Source: Silanimonas sp.
Lineage (GTDB): Bacteria; Pseudomonadota; Gammaproteobacteria; Xanthomonadales; Xanthomonadaceae
Direction of reading: 5' to 3'
Assembly: GCA_026005095.1 (NCBI GenBank)
Contig: BPKK01000010.1
Coordinates: forward strand, 10,512 to 74,511
DNA length: 64,000 nt
Made by a program: the position numbers and the translations under genes. Position 1 is the first letter of the stretch. Each line of letters starts with the position of its first letter. Under the pieces are notes generated by a model, which did not search any database, was not told the DNA's origin, and saw only the letters and a program-made list of their open reading frames with translations. This document shows, one piece after another, positions 53,610-63,679 of the stretch.

Positions 53610-56600
53610 AGATCGCTCGCAGGGTCTGGCGCGCCCGTTCCGGCGAGAATTCGCGCTCGGTGTTGGCAAGCCCTCCGGCCACCAGCCGCTCCCACAGCGG
53701 CTCGTCCTCGTAGGCGGCGAGCAGGGTGGCGGCGAAGGACTCGGCATCGTCGGCCACCAGCACGTCCACGCCATGGGAGAGGCCCATGCCCTCCACCGCG
53801 CAGGACGTGGCCACCACCGGCAGACCGTGGGCCAGGGCCTGGTTCACCTTGCCCTTCACCCCGGCGCCATAGCGCAGCGGGGCCACCGAGAAGCGATGGG
53901 CATCGAGCAGCGGCACGAGATCGGGCACGTGGCCGTGCACGTGAATGCCCTCGCGCTCGCCGAGCGCCAGCACCTCGGGCGGCGCCTCGCTTCCGACCAG
54001 GCTGAGATGGATGTCCGGCCGCACGGCGCGCAGCCGCGGCAGGATCTCATGGGCCAGCCACAGCGCCGCATCGACGTTCGGCGGATGCCGGTAGCCACCG
54101 ACGAAGAGCAGGCCGGAGCGCGCCGCCATGCCGGGGCCGCGGCCGCGCACGCGGTGGATGTTCGACACCACGTCCACCCGGGCCTGCGGAAGTTCCTTGG
54201 CCAGCAGGGCCTGCTCCACCGGGCTCACTACCCAGGTGCGGTCCACGCTCCGCATCAGCGCCAGCTCGGCCTCGCGGGTGCGCTCGGCATGGCGTTTGAG
54301 CGCCGGGTCGCGGCGCTCCTCGGCCTCGCGCAGCTCGCGCAGGTGGTGCAGGTCTACGGTGTCGAAGACGATCCGCGCCTGCGGCGCATGGCGGCGCAGC
54401 AGCGGCAGCAGCGGCGAGAGCACATAGTGTCGGCTGACGATGATGAGCTGGAAGCGGGCGCCGTGCTTCGCCAGCCAGTCCGGTACCGAGCCCAGCCAGG
54501 GCTGGGTCCAGGCCTCCACCCCGAGATCGCGCAGGGCCTGGGTGTAGCGGCCGTCGTCGAGGCCGTTCTCCGGAAAGAAGCTGACGGCACAGCCTTCCTC
54601 CACCAGCAGGCGCAGCAGTTCGAACAGCCGCACCGAGCCGGAGTCGCGGTCGGGCATCGGAGTGGTGGCGTCGATCACCAGCACCCGCGCCCGGGCCCGG
54701 TGCTGGGCGGCATAGTGCGGCGCCTGGGTGGGCGAGGGGTGGCGGCGTTGCAGCACCTCGCGCCAGCGCTCGAGGAAGCGCTGTTGGTTGCGCACCTGAT
54801 AGGCCTTCACCCCGCTCGCGGTATCGGTGCCGGCGGTCACGCCCTCGTGGTGCACCACCACCGCGGCGGGCTGCACCCGCACCTTCAGCCCGGCCTCGCG
54901 CACCTTCATGGCGAGGTCGGTGTCCTCGTAGTAGGCCGGGGCATAGCGTTCGTCGAAGCCGCCCAGGCGCTCGAACAGCGTACGCGGCAAGGCGATGGCT
55001 GCGCCCGAGCAGTAGTCGGCCTCGCGGACGAAGGTGTAGGCCGGGTGCTGCGGATCCTCGAAGCGGCCGTAGTTCCAGCCCGAGCCATCGGAGAACACGA
55101 TGCCGCCGGATTCCTGCAGCCGGCCGTCCGGATAGACCAGCAGGGCGCCGGCAAGCCCGGTGTCGGGGTGCTGCTCGAAGGTGGCGAGCAGGGCCGTGAG
55201 CCAGCCCGGCCGCACCGTGGTGTCGTTGTTGAGAAAGACGAGGTAATCGCCACGCGCCAGCGCCGCGCCGGCATTGCAGCTGCCGACGAAGCCGAGGTTC
55301 TCGCGGTTGCGGTGGTAGCGCAGGCCTGGGATGCGCGGCAGCACCTCGCCGCTGGCGTCGGGCGAGGCATCGTCGACGACGATCACCTCGGCCTCGTCCC
55401 CGAGGCCGGCCGCGATCAGGCTGCGCAGGCAGGCGAGGGTGTAGTCGAGCTTGCCGTGCACCGGGATGACGATGCTGGCGCGCAGGGGGCCTGTCGTATG
55501 CGGGAAGCACAGCGGGGCCTCGGCCACGGGAGCGGCGTCCTCCGGCGCGGCGGCCGGGCGGTCGAGGAAGCGCCGCCTGGCCGCCGCCAGGGTGGCGGCC
55601 AGGCCGCGCTGGCGCAGGCTGCGCAGGCCGCGCCGGCCGAGATCGAGACCATGTAGCAGGTGGTAGCGCAGCACCAGCAAGGCATCGACCAAGCGCCGTC
55701 GCAGCTGCCGGGGCCAGCGCACCCAGGGGTGGGCGACGATGGCCTGCAGGCGCGCCAGCTCGGCCTGGGCGGCATCGCGCTGGGCGAGGGCCACGTCGCG
55801 CTGGCGGATCAGGTCGGCGGTGTCGCGCTCGTAGAAGGCATAAGCCTGGTCGCGCTCCTCCGCCAGCCGCCGGACCTCGGCCCGGATGCCATCATCGGTC
55901 TGTCGCTCGAGCGTCTGGCGCAGATGTTCGGCGTGTCCGTGGGCCTGGGTCAGTTCCTGCATCAAGGTCTGGGTCTGGGCAACGGCGATGTCGCGTTGCT
56001 GGATGAGGTCGGCGGTGTCCCGGTCGTAGGCGCGGTAGGCCTCGTCGCGCTCCTGCGCAAGATCGTCGGCAAGACCGATCAGCATGCCCTGCGCGTGTTG
56101 CAGCAGGGCGACGGGATCTTCCGCCCGGGGACGTGGCCGGGGCGGTGCCAGGGGCTGCAGCTGCCGCCAGGCCGCGAGACTGTCGGCCAGTCCGGGCGGG
56201 GGGGCGGACCTGCGGGGCAAGGCCTCGGGCTGGGCGGCCCAGTGGGCCAGCGCCGCGGCGAAGGCGTCGGCGCTGGGGGGCAGGGGGCGCAGGCCTTCCG
56301 GGGCGCCGGCGAGGCGTTCGGCATAGGCCCCCACGGCCGCGGCCAGCACCGGCACGCCCAGGGCCTGCATTTCCGAGAGCACGTAGCCGAAGGTTTCGGG
56401 TAGCAGGGAGGGCAGCAGGGCGAGGTCGGGGTCGAAGTCCGCCACCAGGGCCGGCAGTTCGCTGACCATGTAGTCGGGCAGGGCTCGTCCCCCGGTTCGG
56501 GCAGCGAAGCGTTCGGCCCGCTCTCCGCCGCCGGCGAAGTACCAGTCGATGTCCGGTGGCGTGATTGGCAGCAGGGCCTCGAGCAGGCGTTCGCCCTTGC

Positions 56601-57837
56601 CCCCGGCCAGCCGGCCGGGCACCAGTACCCGCAGCGGGCCCGGGCGGCGCGATGCAGGGCGGGGCGTCACAGGCAGGGCGAGGCCATGCGGCAGGACCCG
56701 GATGCGCTGGCACAGGGCCGCGGGCAGCAGGGCTTCCAGGCGGGCCGCGGCCGCCCGCGAGGGCGCCACCAGGCTGATCCCGGGCGCTCCGAGCGCCGCG
56801 ATCGTGGCCGCGCTCCAGGCTCGCCAGACCTCGGGGTCGTGTTCGTGGAAGCGGCGGCCTGGGGCGGCAAGGCCGGCGCGCAGCCGGTCCGGGTCGAATG
56901 CCGGCTGTGGCGCTTCGTCGTCGAGCAGGGGCCAGAAGGGGAAGGCGTCGTGCAGCACGAAGGCGGTGGGCAGCCCGGTGCGCAGCACATCGAGGCTGCT
57001 GCCGATCAGCGAGGAGACGCGCAGGGCCGAGACGCCGAAGCTTGCGAGGGTTTCGGCGAGGGCGGCAGCCACCACGGGATGGCGGTCGGCCATGTCGCCC
57101 ACCGCCGGCTCGCAGGCCCAGACCCGGAGCGGTGGCGCGTCGAGGTCGGCGTGCAGGGCCAGGGATTCGCCGAAGGCCCGGCCTTCGCGGCCCCGGCTGA
57201 GCAGGGCGAGGTGGGTGGCGCTGCCGTCGTGGTGCATCTGGTCGCGGACGAAGCGCTCGACCCCTCCGCCCCAGTCGTGCAGCACGTGCAGCACCACTGG
57301 CCGGCCATCACGGCCGGCGAGGGTGGGCTGGGGGCGGCGGCGTGCCCGTCCGGCCGGGCACCAGCCCCGGCGCAGCAGCGGCGGCAGGCCGGGCAGGGGC
57401 GGGCCAAGCTCGAGGGCGAGATAGGGTAGGCGGGCACTGGCAAGGTGTGCCTGCGGGCCTTCGCGCAGCAGGCGTTCGGCGGCGCTGCGCCGCCACAGGG
57501 CGCAGCGCGGGTCGAGCGGACCTGCCAGGGCCTGGTGCGGGGCGAAGCTCCAGGCAAAGGCCGCGGCCTCCTCGCCGGCCTCGAGCGCCCAGGTGGCGCG
57601 CACTTCGGCGGCATCGGCCGGGCTGAGCGCATCGAGTGCCGGCAGCCCGGACAGGGCCTCATGCAGCAGATGGAGGCTGGCCACATCCGGCACCAGGCCG
57701 GGGGCCACCAGCAGGAGCCGCTCGCCGGCATCGGCGGCCAGGGCGGCGCGCAGGCGGGCGGGCCAGGGCAGGACGGGGTCGCTGGCGTGGAGGGAGAGGC
57801 CGCCGTCGCGGTGCGGGGGCAGCGTCGCGGTGTTCAA
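53593..57837 (-). CDS. Multi-domain glycosyltransferase (GT4-like + coiled coil + GT2 + GT4-like)
   Basis: HDWGGGVERF and PETFGYVLSE (GT4); SIVIPV, VVDDASPD, FLNNDT, YYEDTDL (GT2); HPPNVDA and PLRYGAGVKGK (GT4). TTG start uncertain. Confidence 0.88.
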   Translation of the reverse strand: MNTATLPPHRDGGLSLHASDPVLPWPARLRAALAADAGERLLLVAPGLVPDVASLHLLHEALSGLPALDALSPADAAEVRATWALEAGEEAAAFAWSFAPHQALAGPLDPRCALWRRSAAERLLREGPQAHLASARLPYLALELGPPLPGLPPLLRRGWCPAGRARRRPQPTLAGRDGRPVVLHVLHDWGGGVERFVRDQMHHDGSATHLALLSRGREGRAFGESLALHADLDAPPLRVWACEPAVGDMADRHPVVAAALAETLASFGVSALRVSSLIGSSLDVLRTGLPTAFVLHDAFPFWPLLDDEAPQPAFDPDRLRAGLAAPGRRFHEHDPEVWRAWSAATIAALGAPGISLVAPSRAAAARLEALLPAALCQRIRVLPHGLALPVTPRPASRRPGPLRVLVPGRLAGGKGERLLEALLPITPPDIDWYFAGGGERAERFAARTGGRALPDYMVSELPALVADFDPDLALLPSLLPETFGYVLSEMQALGVPVLAAAVGAYAERLAGAPEGLRPLPPSADAFAAALAHWAAQPEALPRRSAPPPGLADSLAAWRQLQPLAPPRPRPRAEDPVALLQHAQGMLIGLADDLAQERDEAYRAYDRDTADLIQQRDIAVAQTQTLMQELTQAHGHAEHLRQTLERQTDDGIRAEVRRLAEERDQAYAFYERDTADLIRQRDVALAQRDAAQAELARLQAIVAHPWVRWPRQLRRRLVDALLVLRYHLLHGLDLGRRGLRSLRQRGLAATLAAARRRFLDRPAAAPEDAAPVAEAPLCFPHTTGPLRASIVIPVHGKLDYTLACLRSLIAAGLGDEAEVIVVDDASPDASGEVLPRIPGLRYHRNRENLGFVGSCNAGAALARGDYLVFLNNDTTVRPGWLTALLATFEQHPDTGLAGALLVYPDGRLQESGGIVFSDGSGWNYGRFEDPQHPAYTFVREADYCSGAAIALPRTLFERLGGFDERYAPAYYEDTDLAMKVREAGLKVRVQPAAVVVHHEGVTAGTDTASGVKAYQVRNQQRFLERWREVLQRRHPSPTQAPHYAAQHRARARVLVIDATTPMPDRDSGSVRLFELLRLLVEEGCAVSFFPENGLDDGRYTQALRDLGVEAWTQPWLGSVPDWLAKHGARFQLIIVSRHYVLSPLLPLLRRHAPQARIVFDTVDLHHLRELREAEERRDPALKRHAERTREAELALMRSVDRTWVVSPVEQALLAKELPQARVDVVSNIHRVRGRGPGMAARSGLLFVGGYRHPPNVDAALWLAHEILPRLRAVRPDIHLSLVGSEAPPEVLALGEREGIHVHGHVPDLVPLLDAHRFSVAPLRYGAGVKGKVNQALAHGLPVVATSCAVEGMGLSHGVDVLVADDAESFAATLLAAYEDEPLWERLVAGGLANTEREFSPERARQTLRAIFSELR
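55780..56052 (-). repeat. Duplicated 78-nt (26-aa) unit within the glycosyltransferase linker
   Basis: ERDEAYRAYDRDTADLIQQRDIAVAQ (56052-55975) vs ERDQAYAFYERDTADLIRQRDVALAQ (55857-55780); 19/26 identical, 65-aa period. Confidence 0.85.
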
Positions 57838-58017
57838 GGGGGAGGAATCCGGGCTGCGCTAGACTGCGCGAAGCGCATTATCCCTTGGTTCCGCCTTGCA
57901 TTTCCGCCCGCCCCCCGTGCCTGCGGCCTTCCCGGTCCCGCCCCGGTCCCGCCCCCGGCGTCTGCTTGAATCGTGCCTCCGCCATCCGGCGGACGGCACC
58001 CCGGAGGTGGCATGGTG

Positions 58018-60282
58018 ATGAGGCGGCTTTGGCGGCTCGGCCTGTGGGCGGGGGGCTTCCTCTTCGCCGTGGCCCTGGGCTTTGGCGTGCCGGTGATGCT
58101 GGTGCTCGACCGCGAGGTGCGGGCCGAGTTCGCCGCGCTGGACTGGCAGATCCCCACCCGAGTCTTCGCCCGGCCGCTGGTGCTGGCGGCGGGTGAGCCG
58201 CTCACCGCCGAGGCCCTGCTACAGGAGCTAGAGGCGGCGGCCTTCGCCGAGGGCGATGGCGTGGTGCCCGGCACCTACCGCCGCGAGGGAGGGCGCTTCC
58301 TGATCGCCACCCGCGGCTTCCGTGATGTCGATGGGCCGGTGGACCCGGCCCGCGCCGAGGTGCTGCTGGCGGGCGGCCGGGTGGCCAGGGTGAAGCGTCT
58401 GGATGGCGGCGGCCCCGGCTTCATGCTCGATCCGGCCAGGATCGCCACCCTGTACGGCGCCAAGCAGGAGGAGCGCGAGCTGATCCGCCTCGAGGACGCG
58501 CCGGTGCTGCTGGTGGCCGGCCTGCAGGCGGTGGAGGACCGCAACTTCAAGCACCACATCGGCATCGACCCCTGGGGCGTGCTGCGGGCGATGCTGGTGA
58601 ACGTGCGCGAGGGCGAACTGGAGCAGGGCGGCAGCACCCTGACGCAGCAGCTGGTGCGTAGCCTGTTCTTGAGCAATGCCAAGACCGCTTCGCGCAAGGC
58701 GAAGGAGGCGGCCTACGCCCTCATCATCGAGGCCCGCTTCGACAAGCGGCGCATCCTCGAGACCTACCTCAACCAGGTCTACCTCGGGCAGCAGGGCGGG
58801 CAGGCCATCCATGGCGTGGCCGCGGCTTCGCGTTTCTGGTTCGGTCGCGAGGTCGCGCGCCTGCGCCCGCACGAGATCGCCTTGCTCATCGGCATGATCC
58901 AGGGACCTTCCCTGTACGACCCGCGGCGCTTCCCGGAGCGGGCGAAGGCGCGCCGCGACCTCGTGCTCGGGGTGTTCGCCGAGACCGGTCTGCTCACTTC
59001 CGCCGAGCGCGACGCTGCCCGCGCCCAGCCGCTCGGCGTGCTGGCCCGCCCGGGGCTGGCCCGCAACCGCTACCCGGCCTTCCTCGAGCTGGCCCGCCGC
59101 CAGTTGGCCCGCGACTATCCCGCCGACGCCCTCACCGGCGCCGGGCTGGTGGTGCACACCACGTTGGCGCCCTCGGCCCAGCGCCAGGCCGAACGGGCCG
59201 TCACCACCACCCTGGCCGGGCTGGAGCGCCCCGGCCGGCCGCCGCTGCAGGCCGCCCTGGTGCTCACCGACGCCCGCAATGGCGACGTGCTGGCGATCGT
59301 GGGCGACCGCAATCCGTCCCAGCCGGCCTTCAACCGCGCCCTCGATGCCCGCCGCCCGGTGGGCTCGCTGCTGAAGCCCATGGTCTACCTGCTCGCCCTG
59401 GCGCAGCCCGGCCGCTGGTCGCTGGCCTCGCCGGTGGACGATGGGCCGGTGCAGGTGCGCCTGGCCGACGGCAAGCTCTGGGTGCCGCAGAACGCCGACG
59501 GCCAGAGCCATGGCGTGCTGCCGCTGATGGATGCGCTCTCCTTCAGCTACAACCAGGCCACGGTGCGCCTGGGCATGGACGTGGGCCCCGGGCGCCTCTC
59601 CGCCCTGCTGCGGGCCCTGGCCGAGGTGCGGGCCGAGCCGAACCCTTCGCTGATCCTCGGCAGTGTGGATCTGCCGCCGCTGGCGGTGGCCCAGCTCTAC
59701 CAGTTCCTCGCCTCGGGCGGGCGCATCCAGCCGCTGCGTGCGGTGCGCGGCGTGCTCGATCCCGAAGGCCGGCCGCTGGCGCGCTACGACGGCCGCAAGG
59801 ACGAGGCCCAGCCCGGTGACGCCATCGCCGCCCGCCTCGTCACCCTCGCCTTGCAGGATGCGGCGAAGCGCGGCACCGCACGGGCCCTGGCCTCCGGCCC
59901 CACCGCCGGGCTGGCCGCTGCCGGCAAGACCGGTACCAGCAACGATGGCCGCGACAGCTGGTTCGCCGGCTACACCGGGCGCCATCTCGCCGTGGCCTGG
60001 GTGGGCAACGACCAGAACCAGGCCACCGGTCTCTATGGCGCCACCGGCGCCATGCGGGTCTGGTCCAGCCTGTTTTCCGGCCTGCCGAGCCAGCCCCTCG
60101 TCCCGGGCGAGGAGGGGATCGAGTGGACCTATGTGGCGCAGGGCGAGTTCGCCACCACCGAGGCGGAATGTCCCGGCGCCCGGCGCTATCCTTTCGTCGC
60201 CGGTTACCTGCCGGCCGAGCACCTGAGCTGCACGCGCCGCAGCCTGCTCGATTTCTTCGGTTTCGGATCGACCCGCGAATGA
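58018..60282 (+). CDS. mrcB: Penicillin-binding protein 1B
   Basis: UB2H-like region, EDRNF.HH, GGSTLTQQL, RKAKE, GSLLKP (SxxK), SYN, GKTGT. Confidence 0.93.
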   Translation: MRRLWRLGLWAGGFLFAVALGFGVPVMLVLDREVRAEFAALDWQIPTRVFARPLVLAAGEPLTAEALLQELEAAAFAEGDGVVPGTYRREGGRFLIATRGFRDVDGPVDPARAEVLLAGGRVARVKRLDGGGPGFMLDPARIATLYGAKQEERELIRLEDAPVLLVAGLQAVEDRNFKHHIGIDPWGVLRAMLVNVREGELEQGGSTLTQQLVRSLFLSNAKTASRKAKEAAYALIIEARFDKRRILETYLNQVYLGQQGGQAIHGVAAASRFWFGREVARLRPHEIALLIGMIQGPSLYDPRRFPERAKARRDLVLGVFAETGLLTSAERDAARAQPLGVLARPGLARNRYPAFLELARRQLARDYPADALTGAGLVVHTTLAPSAQRQAERAVTTTLAGLERPGRPPLQAALVLTDARNGDVLAIVGDRNPSQPAFNRALDARRPVGSLLKPMVYLLALAQPGRWSLASPVDDGPVQVRLADGKLWVPQNADGQSHGVLPLMDALSFSYNQATVRLGMDVGPGRLSALLRALAEVRAEPNPSLILGSVDLPPLAVAQLYQFLASGGRIQPLRAVRGVLDPEGRPLARYDGRKDEAQPGDAIAARLVTLALQDAAKRGTARALASGPTAGLAAAGKTGTSNDGRDSWFAGYTGRHLAVAWVGNDQNQATGLYGATGAMRVWSSLFSGLPSQPLVPGEEGIEWTYVAQGEFATTEAECPGARRYPFVAGYLPAEHLSCTRRSLLDFFGFGSTRE

Positions 60283-60788
60283 GCGTTCTGCGCCTTCTCG
60301 CCCCGGCCCTGTTGCTGGCCGGATGTGCCACTGTGCCGGCGCCGGTGCCGTCGGCCGGGCCGCCGCCGCCCAGCGCCGCCGAGATCCTCACGGCGGTGCG
60401 CGAGGCCGGGCGCGACGGCGTGGAACTGGTGGTGGCGCCGCTGGTCGATCCGCAGGTGGCCGACCTGCGCGAACGCGCCGCCCGTGCCGAGGCCGGGGGC
60501 CGCTTCGCCGAGGCCGAGGCCGACATCGCCCGCGCCCTCGCGCTCTCGCCGGGCGATCCGGACCTGTTGCAGTGGCGGGCCGAGCTGCTGCTGATGCTCG
60601 GGCGGTACGAGGAGGCTGCGGCCTCGGCCCAGGAGAGTGCCCAGCGCGGCCCGCGCTTGGGGCCCCTGTGCCGCCGCAACTGGACCCTGCTCGCCTACCT
60701 GCGCGAGGGCTGGGGCGAGGCCGAGAATGCCGCCTCGGCCCGGGCCATGGGCGAGGCCTGCACCGTCGCCCCGCCGGTGCGGATGTGA
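60279..60788 (+). CDS. TPR lipoprotein, probable PBP1B activator (LpoP-like)
   Basis: Lipobox LAGC, Pro-rich linker, TPR (RALALSPGDP), LCRRNW..C Cys pair; coupled to mrcB. Confidence 0.75.
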   Translation: MSVLRLLAPALLLAGCATVPAPVPSAGPPPPSAAEILTAVREAGRDGVELVVAPLVDPQVADLRERAARAEAGGRFAEAEADIARALALSPGDPDLLQWRAELLLMLGRYEEAAASAQESAQRGPRLGPLCRRNWTLLAYLREGWGEAENAASARAMGEACTVAPPVRM

Positions 60789-62866
60789 CCCGGGAGGCCG
60801 CCAGCGGCGGCCCGGCACGGGCCCTGCCGGCGCTCACCGCCCGTGCCCTCGATGCCGGCGGCGCGCTTGCCGGCAGCCTGCCCGGTTTCGTGCCGCGTCC
60901 GGCCCAGCAGCGGCTCGGGGTGGCCATCGCCGAGGCCATGGCCGACCGCGCCGCGCTGGTGGCCGAGGCCGGCACCGGCACCGGCAAGACCTTCGCCTAT
61001 CTCGTGCCAGCCCTGCTCTCCGGCCAACGGGTGATCGTCTCCACCGGCACCAAGGCCCTGCAGGACCAGCTCTACCACCGCGACCTGCCCCTCGTGCGGC
61101 AGGCCCTGGGCCTCGGCCTGCGTACCGCCCTGCTCAAGGGGCGGGCGAACTACCTCTGCCTGCACCGCCTCGCGCTGGCGCAGGGCAGCCCGGTGTTCAG
61201 CGACCGCGCGCAGATCGCGCTGTTCGAGCGCATCGTGGCCTGGAGCAAGCGCACCCGCCGCGGCGATCTTGCCGAGGTGGAGGGCCTGCCCGAGGACTCG
61301 CCGGTGCGCGGCCTCGTCACCTCCACCGCCGAGAACTGTCTCGGCAGCGACTGCCCGTTCTGGCAGGACTGCCACGTGGTGCGTGCCCGCGCCGAGGCGC
61401 AGGCCGCCGATCTCGTGGTGGTGAACCACCACCTACTGCTGGCCGACCTCGCCATCAAGGAAGAGGGCTTCGGCGAGATCCTGCCCGGGGCCTCGGCCTT
61501 CGTGCTCGACGAGGCCCACCAGCTGCCCGACCTCGCCTCACAGTTCTTCGGAGAGAGCCTCTCGGCACGCATGCTGGTCGACCTCGGCCGTGACGTGATC
61601 GGCGCCTGCGCCAAGCTGGCCGGCAGCCTGGCCGCGCTCTCGCCGCCAGTGCGGTCGCTGGAGCTTGCGATCAAGCAGCTACGGGCCGACTGCGAGGGAC
61701 TGCCGCAGCGCGGGGCGCAGGGCCTGCTGCTCGCCCACCACCCGGAGATGCCGGCCCGGCTGCGCGGCCTCGCCGAAGCAATGGCGGTGCTGGTCGAGGC
61801 CCTCGGTCCGGTGAAGGAGGCGGCCCCCGAGTTCGCCGCCGCCTTGGCCCGGCTGGAGCTGTTCCAGCAGCGTCTGCGGCACTGGGGCGAGGGCGCGCCC
61901 GGCCTGTTCGAGGAGGGGGCCGGCGTTTCCGCCGCCGTGACCGGGCGGGACGATGCCGGTGAGGCGCCCCCCCCGGTGGCGGGGGAGACGCATGGCGAGG
62001 TGCGCTGGTTCGAGCTGACTCAGCGCGGCTTCGCCCTCTCGGTGACGCCGCTCGATGTGGCCGGGCCGCTGCGCCGCTACCGCGAGCAGAGCCGCGCGGC
62101 CTGGATCTTCACCTCGGCCACCCTCGCGGTGGGCGGCGACCTGCGCCATATCGCCTGGAAGCTGGGCCTCGACGCCCCCCGCCTGCTGCTCGAGGAAAGC
62201 CCCTTCGACTGGCCGCGGCAGGCGCTCGCCTACCTGCCGAAGGGCCTGCCGGAGCCGGCGGCCCGCGACTACACCGCCCGCGTGGTCGAGGCCGTGCGCC
62301 CGGTGCTGGAGGCCTCGAAGGGCCGCGCCTTCCTGCTCTTCACCTCGCACCGCGCTCTGCGCGAGGCCGCCACCCTGCTGGAGGGCGGGCCCTGGCCCCT
62401 GTTCGTGCAGGGCACGGCGCCGCGTGCCGCCCTGCTCGAGCAGTTCCGCGCCAGCGGTAACGGCGTGCTGCTCGGTGCCGCCAGTTTCTGGGAGGGCGTG
62501 GACGTGGCCGGCGAGGCCCTGAGCGTGGTGGTGATCGACAAGCTGCCCTTCGCCGCCCCCGACGACCCGGTGCTGGAGGCGCGGCTGGAGGCGGTGCGCC
62601 GCCGCGGCGGCAACCCCTTCCTCGCCGAGCAGGTGCCGGCCGCCGCCATCGCCCTCAAGCAGGGCGTGGGTAGGCTGATCCGCCGCCACGACGACCGTGG
62701 CGTGTTGGTGCTCTGCGACCCGCGCCTGCTCGGCAAGCCTTATGGCCGGGTCTTCCTCGCCAGCCTGCCGCCGCTCACCCGCACCCGCGAGTTGGCCGAG
62801 GTACTGGCCTTCCTCGCCCCCGGCACCGCGCCGGCCCACGACGAGACCCGCCGCCATGCCGTCTAA
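60785..62866 (+). CDS. yoaA: DinG/YoaA-family Fe-S DNA helicase
   Basis: EAGTGTGKT, KGRANYLC, C..DCPFWQDC, DEAH, SATL, FWEGVD, KQGVGRLIR. Confidence 0.9.
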   Translation: MTREAASGGPARALPALTARALDAGGALAGSLPGFVPRPAQQRLGVAIAEAMADRAALVAEAGTGTGKTFAYLVPALLSGQRVIVSTGTKALQDQLYHRDLPLVRQALGLGLRTALLKGRANYLCLHRLALAQGSPVFSDRAQIALFERIVAWSKRTRRGDLAEVEGLPEDSPVRGLVTSTAENCLGSDCPFWQDCHVVRARAEAQAADLVVVNHHLLLADLAIKEEGFGEILPGASAFVLDEAHQLPDLASQFFGESLSARMLVDLGRDVIGACAKLAGSLAALSPPVRSLELAIKQLRADCEGLPQRGAQGLLLAHHPEMPARLRGLAEAMAVLVEALGPVKEAAPEFAAALARLELFQQRLRHWGEGAPGLFEEGAGVSAAVTGRDDAGEAPPPVAGETHGEVRWFELTQRGFALSVTPLDVAGPLRRYREQSRAAWIFTSATLAVGGDLRHIAWKLGLDAPRLLLEESPFDWPRQALAYLPKGLPEPAARDYTARVVEAVRPVLEASKGRAFLLFTSHRALREAATLLEGGPWPLFVQGTAPRAALLEQFRASGNGVLLGAASFWEGVDVAGEALSVVVIDKLPFAAPDDPVLEARLEAVRRRGGNPFLAEQVPAAAIALKQGVGRLIRRHDDRGVLVLCDPRLLGKPYGRVFLASLPPLTRTRELAEVLAFLAPGTAPAHDETRRHAV

Positions 62867-63644
62867 GCCCGCTGCCATGCCCGCGCCCTCCGGCCCGACC
62901 CTGCTCGCCTTCGAGCTCGCCACCGAGGCCTGCTCGGTGGCCCTGCTGCATGGCGGCGAGCTGCTCGTCCGCCACGCGCCGGCACCGCGTCGCCACGCCG
63001 AACTCGCCCTGCCCTGGGCCGAGGCCCTGCTGGCCGAGGCCGGCCTCGGCAAGTCGCGTATCGATGCACTTGCGGTCGGCATCGGTCCGGGCGCCTTCAC
63101 CGGTGTACGCCTCGCCATCAGCCTCGTGCAGGGCATCGCCCTTGGCCTCGGGCGCCCGGTGCTGCCGGTCTCCACCCTCGCCGCCCTGGCCGAACCCTTC
63201 CTTGCCGGCGGGCCGGTGCTGGCCGCCATCGATGCGCGCATGGGTGAGCTCTATCTCGGCGAGTACGCCGCCGATGCCGAGGGACTGCCGGTCGCCATGG
63301 ACGCGGAATGCCTGGTTCCGGTGGGCGAGGCCGCCGCCACGCTGCAGGTCCGCTGGGCGGCACGGCCTGGACTCGACAGCGGTTCCGCCGGCCCGCGCCT
63401 CCGTGTGGTGGGCAGTGGTGCCGCAGTCGCCGAAGGCGCGTGGCTTGCGCCGCTGGCGGACCGGTTTTCCGGGGCCGAGCCTGGGGCCCTGCCCACGGCC
63501 GCGGCCGTGGCCCGCATCGCCCGACGCGATTTCCTCGCCGGTCGCACCCTTGCCCCGGAACAGCTCGAGCCACGCTACCTGCGCGACAAGGTGGCGCTCA
63601 CCGCCGCCGAGCAGGCCGCGGCCCGCGCCGCCCGCGCGGGCTGA
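62856..63644 (+). CDS. tsaB: tRNA threonylcarbamoyladenosine biosynthesis protein TsaB
   Basis: ATEACSVAL, GPGAFTGVR, IDARMGE, EPRYLR; alternative start at 62877. Confidence 0.92.
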   Translation: MPSKPAAMPAPSGPTLLAFELATEACSVALLHGGELLVRHAPAPRRHAELALPWAEALLAEAGLGKSRIDALAVGIGPGAFTGVRLAISLVQGIALGLGRPVLPVSTLAALAEPFLAGGPVLAAIDARMGELYLGEYAADAEGLPVAMDAECLVPVGEAAATLQVRWAARPGLDSGSAGPRLRVVGSGAAVAEGAWLAPLADRFSGAEPGALPTAAAVARIARRDFLAGRTLAPEQLEPRYLRDKVALTAAEQAAARAARAG

Positions 63645-63679
63645 GCCCCCCGGCAGGGCAGCGATGGCCCGGCACCGGG

